Below are positions 57,812 through 64,000 of a DNA stretch of 64,000 nt, piece after piece. The position numbers and the translations under genes are program-made. The notes beneath the pieces were generated by a model, which saw only the letters and a program-made list of their open reading frames with translations, had not been told where the DNA came from and ran no database searches. Numbering within the stretch: position 1 is the stretch's first letter; every line of letters starts with the position of its first letter. Source of the stretch: an uncultured delta proteobacterium (GTDB taxonomy: Bacteria; Myxococcota_A; Polyangia; Polyangiales; Polyangiaceae); the NCBI GenBank assembly GCA_963806225.1, contig CAWDXG010000004.1:1920001-1984000 (forward strand), written 5' to 3'.

Positions 57812-58655
57812 CGCGACGACATTTCCGACGACATAACCGGTTATGTCCGTCACAGCGTCGCCCCGACGACCACGCGACGACAGCGCGCCGACATTTCCGA
57901 CGACATAACCGGTTATGTCCGTCACAGCGTCGCCCAGACGACCACGCGACGACAGCGCGCCGACATTTCCGACGACATAACCGGTTATGTCCGTCACAGC
58001 GTCGCCCAGACGACCACGCGACGCCAACGCGCCGACATTTCCGACGACATAACCGGTTATGTCCGCCACAGCGTCGCCCAGACGACCACGCGACGCCAAC
58101 GCGCCGACATTTCCGACGACATAACCGGTTATGTCCGCCACAGCGTCGCCCCGACGACCACGCGACGCCAACGCGACGACATTTCCGACGGCATAACCGG
58201 TTATGTCCGTCACAGCGTCGCCCCGACGACCACGCGACGACAGCGCGCCGACATTTCCGACGACATAACCGGTTATGTCCGTCACAGCGTCGCCCCGACG
58301 ACCACGCGACGCCAACGCGACGACATTTCCGACGACATAACCGGTTATGTCCGCCACAGCGTCGCCCCGACGACCACGCGACGCCAACGCGCCGACATTT
58401 CCGACGACATAACCGGTTATGTCCGTCACAGCGTCGCCCCGACGACCACGCGACGACAGCGCGACGACATTTCCGACGACATAACCGGTTATGTCCGCCA
58501 CAGCGTCGCCCCGACGACCACGCGACGACAGCGCGCCGACATTTCCGACGACATAACCGGTTATGTCCGTCACAGCGTCGCCCAGACGACCACGCGACGC
58601 CAACGCGCCGACATTTCCGACGACATAACCGGTTATGTCCGTCACAGCGTCGCCC
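57812..58655. repeat. Tandem array of about 11.7 x 72-bp units, each with the 18-bp palindrome GACATAACCGGTTATGTC
   Basis: Palindrome starts at 57830 and recurs every 72 bp up to 58622 (12 copies, one with an A>G change). Confidence 0.97.
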
Positions 58656-58682
58656 TACCGCGACGCGAGCGCGGCGCGCGCA

Positions 58683-58895
58683 TCAGAGCTTGTCGAGGAT
58701 CTCCGCCGGCTCCGGAAAACGATGCTCGCTCCCCTTGGAAAAGATCAGCTCGCCGTCCACGACCACGTCGAACTGCCCCACCCGACCCACCGTCAGTTGG
58801 GTGTCCACACCCTTCGCCTTCTTGATCTCCGCCGCGAGACCCGCGGCGCGTGGGCGGTAGTTTCAAGCCTGGCAGTAGAAGATCTCGACCTTCAT
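58683..58895 (-). CDS. Rdx-family (SelW/SelT/SelH-like) selenoprotein, 70 aa, CxxU
   Basis: MKVEIFYCQA-TGA-NYRPRAAGLAAEIKKAKGVDTQLTVGRVGQFDVVVDGELIFSKGSEHRFPEPAEILDKL*; in-frame TGA at 58865-58863. Confidence 0.9.
58830..58848 (-). promoter_or_regulatory. Putative bacterial SECIS hairpin
   Basis: CGCCGCG-GGTCT-CGCGGCG starting 14 nt after the UGA, with a G-containing apical loop. Confidence 0.75.
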
Positions 58896-58982
58896 GTCCC
58901 TAGCCTGCCACATCGCGCACGCGACGCGAACCTCGCCCCCGCGCTGGCCCCTGTGCGCGCTCGCCCCCGCGCGCGCTCGCGC

Positions 58983-60120
58983 CTACGCCTGCGCCCGCGG
59001 CGGCGCTTCCTTGCCGGCGTGCTTGTCGGCGTTCTGCATCAGATACGCCTCGATGAAGCCGTCGAGATCGCCGTCGAGCACCGCGTCCACCGCGCCCGTC
59101 TCGTGCTCCGTCCTGAGGTCCTTCACCATCTGGTACGGCTGCAGCACGTAGCTCCGGATCTGGTTCCCCCAGGCAATCTGCCCCTTCGCCGCCTCGTACT
59201 GCTGCTGCTCGGCCTCGCGCTTCTCCAGCTCGATCTCGTACAACTTCGCCTTGAGCATCTTGATCGCCATGGCGCGGTTCTGGTGCTGGCTGCGCTCGGC
59301 GCGGCACACCACCACGATGCCCGTCGGCACGTGCTTCATGCGCACCGCCGTCTCGACCTTGTTCACGTTCTGGCCGCCCTTGCCGCCCGCGCGCATCGTC
59401 GACACGTCGAGGTCCGTGTCCTTCACCTCGATGTCGATCTCGTCCTCGATGTCCGGCGTGACCTCCACCGCGGCAAAGCTCGTCTGCCGCCGCGCGTTGG
59501 AATCGAACGGGCTGATGCGCACCAGCCGGTGCACGCCCATCTCCGGCCTGAGATAGCCGTAGGCGCTCTCGCCCGTGACCGTGAACGACACGCCGTCGAT
59601 GCCCGCCTCGTCCCCTGCCTGGTAGTCGATGATCTCCGTCTTGTAGCCGCGCCGCTCGCACCAACGCAGGTACATGCGTAGCAACATCTCCGCCCAGTCC
59701 TTCGCCTCCGTGCCGCCCGACCCCGGATGGATGCTCACGATGGCATTGGCGTGATCAGCCGGCCCCGAGAGCATGCGCGCGAGCTCCGCCTTGCGCACCC
59801 GCGCCTCGATCTCCGGCACCTGCGCCTCGATGTCGGAGACGACGCTTTCGTCCTCCTCCGCCGCGCCCAGCTCCAGGAGCTCCAGCGCGTCGTCCACGTC
59901 CTTCGTGAGCGACTCGGCCAGCTCCAGCTTGGTAGCCGCTGCGGCCCGCTTCCTCGTGATGGCCTGCGCCTTGTTCTGGTCGTTCCAGAAATCCGGAGCG
60001 GCCGAGAGCGAATCGAGCTCTTCGATGTCCCGCTTCAGCTGCGGGACGTCAAAGAGACCCCCTTAGCGCATCGACGCGCCTTTTGAGGTCCTGGAGCAAG
60101 CTACGAGTTTCCGCCAGCAT
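58983..60120 (-). CDS. prfB: Peptide chain release factor 2 with programmed +1 frameshift
   Basis: [23 protein letters not shown], then +1 frame [34 protein letters not shown] (SPF), [12 protein letters not shown]. Confidence 0.96.
60048..60063 (-). promoter_or_regulatory. RF2 autoregulatory frameshift site
   Basis: Minus strand reads AGGGGG TCT CTT TGA C: internal SD, 3-nt spacer, CTT-TGA-C slippery site. Confidence 0.95.
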
Positions 60121-60195
60121 GATGCCCGGCATCTAGCCTACGCCGCTCCGGTCCGCCAGCCCTTTCCGGCACGGGGCTTGCTCGGTGCCGTCTCC

Positions 60196-60828
60196 ATGTC
60201 CCTTCGCCCGCCTTGTCGTGCCGTCTTGTGCCAATTGCTGGCCGTCCCTGTCATCGCGGTCATCCTCGCCGGCTGCGGAGGCGTCACGACGACATCCTCT
60301 CCCGGCCATTCAAGCCCCGATTCGGGAACCCCCGACGCGGCGACCGGCTGTCCCAGCATCGCCGACATCGACAGCGGCGCCGCCCTGGGCAAGGCGTGCG
60401 CTACCGAGGGAGCGTACTGCACGAACCAGGCGTGCGATCCCTGCGTCGACAACTGCCCCGCCGTCAGCTGCACGAACGGCGTGTGGAAGAAGGCGATCAA
60501 CACCGCCCTCTGCACCGCGGACGCGGCGCCCCCACCCTGCCCGGCCCTCGACGGCTCTGGCTTCGACCAGAGCTGCCAGTCGGACTCCGACTGCGTCGCC
60601 GTCGCGGCCGGGAGCTTCTGTCCGGACGGGCCACAGTGCCTGTGCGGCCGGGACGCCATCAACGTGAAAGACCAGAGCAAGTACGACGCGAAACTGCAGA
60701 CACTGCGGGAGAGCCAACACGATGCGTCCGTAGGCTGCATGTGTCCCTTCTTCGGAAATCCGCGCTGCATCGCCAACCACTGCGTCATGTGCGGTGGCGC
60801 AGGCCAAGCCTGCCCCGACGGCGGGTAG
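60196..60828 (+). CDS. Cys-rich lipoprotein
   Basis: LAGC lipobox; FDQSCQSDSDCVAV..CLCGRDAIN; many Cys. Confidence 0.7.
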   Translation: MSLRPPCRAVLCQLLAVPVIAVILAGCGGVTTTSSPGHSSPDSGTPDAATGCPSIADIDSGAALGKACATEGAYCTNQACDPCVDNCPAVSCTNGVWKKAINTALCTADAAPPPCPALDGSGFDQSCQSDSDCVAVAAGSFCPDGPQCLCGRDAINVKDQSKYDAKLQTLRESQHDASVGCMCPFFGNPRCIANHCVMCGGAGQACPDGG

Positions 60829-61647
60829 CTAGTGCGTCGCGCGCCGTCGCTTCGAGAACCAGCCGCCCGTCAGCACGTCGAGCGTGGCTTCGGCTTCGAT
60901 GGCGTCGAGCTCGGCCAGCGTGCGCTCGTTCGGCAGGAGCGACGTGTCGGCGGCTTTCACCAGTGCGCGTTGCCAGGCGAAGAGCGCCGCGAGCACGTGC
61001 TCGACGAGCTCGAGGCGCGCCTTGTCGCGGCGCTGTCGCAGCCGCTCCACCGCCAGCTCTTCGTCGGCGAAGACGAGCCGGTCGAGCTTCCAGGTCAAGC
61101 GCGCCTCGAACCAGAGCGTGGAACCGCCAGCCTGCGTGTAGCGGTACGGATCGGTGCTGGTCGGCGTAAGGCGTAGCGACTCGTCGTTGCTCCGCGCCGC
61201 CTTCAGCCGCACGTCGGGCAGCATGGCGGAAAGCCGCGCCCGGCTCGACATGGACGACAGCCGGCGGTGCGCGGCGGGATAGCCGTGCGCGCGCAGCGCA
61301 GCGCGGACCGCGCTGCGCGCCAGAGCCGGGCCGAGCGTGATCGTCACCGGCGCGGCGGACGCGCCGCGATCGCGCGCAGCAGCGTCGCCGTCCGCCGGGC
61401 CTTCAGCCAGCGCGCGCGCGGGCACATCCGGCGCGCGCGGCGGCGCCGCGGGAGCCACGAAGCGATCGAGCGGCAGCGTGAGCGACAGCATGCCCAGCGC
61501 CTCGCGCTGCCCCGATTGGCGCGTGACCCAGGCGGCCCGCAACGAAACGCGGAAGCTGCCGCGCGACGGCGACGCGACAGCTCGTGGAGCGCCGAGCAGC
61601 AGTACGGCGAGGAGAGGAGCGAAGAGGAACCTGTGCCCGGCGACCAT
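60829..61647 (-). CDS. Hypothetical exported protein with helical C-terminus
   Basis: Signal peptide; WFEARLTWKLDRLVFADEEL; LDVLTGGWFS. Confidence 0.6.
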   Translation of the reverse strand: MVAGHRFLFAPLLAVLLLGAPRAVASPSRGSFRVSLRAAWVTRQSGQREALGMLSLTLPLDRFVAPAAPPRAPDVPARALAEGPADGDAAARDRGASAAPVTITLGPALARSAVRAALRAHGYPAAHRRLSSMSSRARLSAMLPDVRLKAARSNDESLRLTPTSTDPYRYTQAGGSTLWFEARLTWKLDRLVFADEELAVERLRQRRDKARLELVEHVLAALFAWQRALVKAADTSLLPNERTLAELDAIEAEATLDVLTGGWFSKRRRATH

Positions 61648-61733
61648 GCATCGCCGGTCGGGCGGGAAGCCGCGCCGGTTGCTTCGAAAACGCCGGATCG
61701 TAGCAAACTGTCACAATTTCCGCGGAAATCGTG

Positions 61734-62843
61734 TCATTTTGCTACGGTTCGATACTTTTCCAGCGCGCGGCGCTGCGATGGGCTGAGGCCCGGCTCGGCG
61801 CCGTTGCCAGCCGGGGGCGAAAGCTCGCTGCCCACCGCGAACGGCAGGAACCCCGCCGAAGACCGCCAGCCGAGCGCGGCCCGCACCAGCGCCGTCTCGT
61901 CGGTCGGAACGCGCCGGCTTCCACTCGGCAACTCGACGTCCAGCTCGCGCTCGACGCGCTCGGCACCGTCCCAGCTCGGACGCACCTCGAGCAGCCGGAT
62001 CACGGCGTGGCCGTCGGCCTGTAGCTTCTGCGCGCGCCGCAACGCGCGCTCGCTCACCTCCCAGTACAGGTACACGCTGCCCGGCGCCTCGGCGATTGTC
62101 ACGACCACGTCGGCGGCTCGCGCGGCGGCGCGCGGCTTCGCCTCGGCCGCGGGCTTCGCTTCGCCCACGCGCTTCGCGTGCTGGGTGGGACTCGCGGGCT
62201 TCGCCTCGGCCGCGGGCTTCGCCGCCGGCGCGGACGGGGGGTCGGCGGGCTTCGCCTCGGCCGCGGGCTTCGCCGCCGGCGCGGACGGGGGGTCGGCGGG
62301 CTTCGCCTCGGCCGCGGGCTTCGCCGACTTCGCCGGCTTGGCGCCCGCGGGCGCCGCAGAGCTCCCGGCGACCTTTGCTGGCCGCTCGGACTGCGCCGCG
62401 CCCTCGCGTTCCGCTTCAGCGGACAGCCGATCGCGCAGGCCGCGCGCAGCTTCGTGATCGGGCTCGCGCGTCAGCACCTCGTCGAGAATGGCGAGCGCGC
62501 GCTGCGTATGCCCCTGCGCCACGTAGATCTCCGCGAGCGTCACCGTCGCAACGGGCGCCTGCGCCTTGTAGTTTTCGCCCAGCAGCGGCTCGCCGCGGAT
62601 CAGCTTCGCGGCATCCGGCATGTGCAGCCCCTGCTCGACCACGCTCGCCAGCAGATCGCGCGCCACCCCGAACCAGCCGCGCGCCGCGCGCCGCTTGCGC
62701 TCGTCCGTCTCGCTGAGCCGCACGATCTCGTCCTTCAGCTCCACGCGCGTGAGCAACTCCGGGCGCCGCACGCCCGCCTTGCGCGCCCTGTCGATCAGCT
62801 GATCGCGCGGCAACCCCTCGAGCGTCCTTGGATCGATCTGCAC
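61734..62843 (-). CDS. Protein with TPR motif, Ala/Lys/Pro-rich linker and DUF4912-like C-terminal domain
   Basis: TVTLAEIYVAQGHTQRALAILDEVL; VYLYWEV. Confidence 0.6.
   Translation of the reverse strand: MQIDPRTLEGLPRDQLIDRARKAGVRRPELLTRVELKDEIVRLSETDERKRRAARGWFGVARDLLASVVEQGLHMPDAAKLIRGEPLLGENYKAQAPVATVTLAEIYVAQGHTQRALAILDEVLTREPDHEAARGLRDRLSAEAEREGAAQSERPAKVAGSSAAPAGAKPAKSAKPAAEAKPADPPSAPAAKPAAEAKPADPPSAPAAKPAAEAKPASPTQHAKRVGEAKPAAEAKPRAAARAADVVVTIAEAPGSVYLYWEVSERALRRAQKLQADGHAVIRLLEVRPSWDGAERVERELDVELPSGSRRVPTDETALVRAALGWRSSAGFLPFAVGSELSPPAGNGAEPGLSPSQRRALEKYRTVAK
62194..62326 (-). repeat. In-frame 51-bp tandem repeat (about 2.6 copies; PAAKPAAEAKPADPPSA)
   Basis: GCGGGCTTCGCCTCGGCC recurs at 62194, 62245 and 62296. 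Confidence 0.85.
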
Positions 62844-63015
62844 GGCCCCACTCTACCCCCGCCAGAGCCGCGCGAAACCCCAATGCAAGGAAGCCTCCCC
62901 ATCTGTGTCCGGGGGCGCACCCAACCAGGTACCAGAGCAGGCGCGCCCCATCCGCCCCAGCAGCCCCCAGGGCGCGCGGGTCGGCGCTCCGCCACCAGCA
63001 CGGCCGTCCGCGGAC

Positions 63016-63999
63016 CTAGAACCAGGCGCCCTCTGCTTCGGGGTCCGGCGCAGTCCGCTCGAGGATGGGGCGGGCGGCGGCGATGTCGCGGGCGATCTGC
63101 GCTTTCAGCTCGTCGAGCCCGCTGAAGCGAACCTCGTCGCGCAGGCGTTCGATCAAGTGGACGCGCAGGCGCGCACCGTACAGGTCGGCGTCGAGGTCGA
63201 GCAGGTGGGCTTCGACGGACAGGCGCGTACCGTCGACGGTGGGGCGCTTGCCGATGTTGGCAACGCCGGCGCCGAGCGCCGTCGCGCCCCGCTCGTCGAA
63301 GCAATCGACAACGCAGGCGTAGACGCCGTTCGGCGGCAGGGCTTCGCCCACCGCATCGAGGTTGGCCGTGGGCACGCCGATGGTGCGGCCGCGCTGGTCG
63401 CCCTCGACGACCAGGCCGGAGACGGAGTGCGGGCGGCCGAGCACCGTCGCCGCACCGCGCAGGTCGCCCTCGGCGACGAGTTGGCGCACGCGCGTGGAGG
63501 AGTACGCGCCCGCGCCGTCGCCGATGAGCGGCTCGGCGCCGGCTTCGAAGCCGAGCTCCCGGCCGAGCTCGACCAGCGTGGCGAGTCCGCCGGCACGGTC
63601 GTGGCCGAAGCGGAAGTTGTCGCCGACGAGCACCACGCGCGCGCCGAGCTGTCCGACGAGCAGCTCTTCGACGAACTGCCGCGGCGTCTTCTTCGACAGC
63701 TCGAGCGTGAACGGCTCGACTACGACGCGCAGCGCGGGATCGATGCGCGTGATGAGCTCGACCTTGCGATCGATGGCGGTCAGCATCGGCGCCCGGCGGC
63801 CGCGGCCGAGCACCTCCGAGGGGTGGGGATGGAAGGTGAGGACGAGCGGCGAGAGGCCGCGCTCGGCGGCCCGCTCCACTCCGGCGCGGATCACCGCGCG
63901 ATGTCCGCGATGCACGCCGTCGAAATTGCCGATGGCGACGAGGGTGGTAGCGGGCTCGGCTGCAAGCGCTCGGGCGCCGTCGACGCGTCGTGAAGGCAC
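63016..63999 (-). CDS. ribF: Bifunctional riboflavin kinase / FAD synthetase (start at window edge)
   Basis: AIGNFDGVHRGH, TFHPHP, VGDNFRFG, SSTRVR, GRTIGVPTAN, NIGKRPT, EAHLLD. Confidence 0.95.
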   Translation of the reverse strand: MPSRRVDGARALAAEPATTLVAIGNFDGVHRGHRAVIRAGVERAAERGLSPLVLTFHPHPSEVLGRGRRAPMLTAIDRKVELITRIDPALRVVVEPFTLELSKKTPRQFVEELLVGQLGARVVLVGDNFRFGHDRAGGLATLVELGRELGFEAGAEPLIGDGAGAYSSTRVRQLVAEGDLRGAATVLGRPHSVSGLVVEGDQRGRTIGVPTANLDAVGEALPPNGVYACVVDCFDERGATALGAGVANIGKRPTVDGTRLSVEAHLLDLDADLYGARLRVHLIERLRDEVRFSGLDELKAQIARDIAAARPILERTAPDPEAEGAWF

Positions 64000-64000
64000 G

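Noticed and set aside
57812..58655. CRISPR array
   Set aside because: The sequence between palindromes is near-identical from unit to unit, so there are no unique spacers, and no cas genes are present.
57019..58860. Long repeat-encoded ORFs (+57019-58860 and the -58645 extension of the Cys-rich gene)
   Set aside because: A stop-free 72-bp unit stays open automatically. The Cys-rich gene has its own RBS and signal peptide at 57730, and the + ORF overlaps real genes. Not formally excluded without proteomics.

Overview
A GC-rich window whose gene content points to a myxobacterium, probably Polyangiaceae-like (inference). It has several Ser/Thr kinases, many Gly-linker and Cys-rich lipoproteins, and a TonB-C/TonB-receptor fusion. 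Housekeeping and metabolic genes include treZ, two SDRs, an Omp85 protein, sppA, a K+ channel, xth, sodC, a PIN-PhoH protein, an ETHE1-like MBL hydrolase, an AlaC-like aminotransferase, MoxR, astA, lysS-lolCE-lolD, prfB and ribF. Many genes between 1 and 43 kb are split by single-base indels, which look like long-read assembly errors, so their boundaries are reconstructed. Features the ORF track misses: (1) a cobalamin riboswitch upstream of a stand-alone beta-rich lipoprotein; (2) the programmed +1 frameshift in prfB; (3) a 70-aa Rdx/SelW-type selenoprotein (CxxU plus SECIS hairpin) just downstream of prfB; (4) right after it, about 12 tandem copies of a 72-bp unit, each carrying an 18-bp palindrome and four shuffled biallelic sites; (5) a hairpin-rich element with GCGAAGC motifs next to a four-helix-bundle gene. 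The stretch between prfB and lysS also holds a 7-9-heme cytochrome lipoprotein and Cys-rich lipoproteins, and may be an accessory redox/surface island. No tRNA, rRNA, CRISPR array or transposase was recognised.
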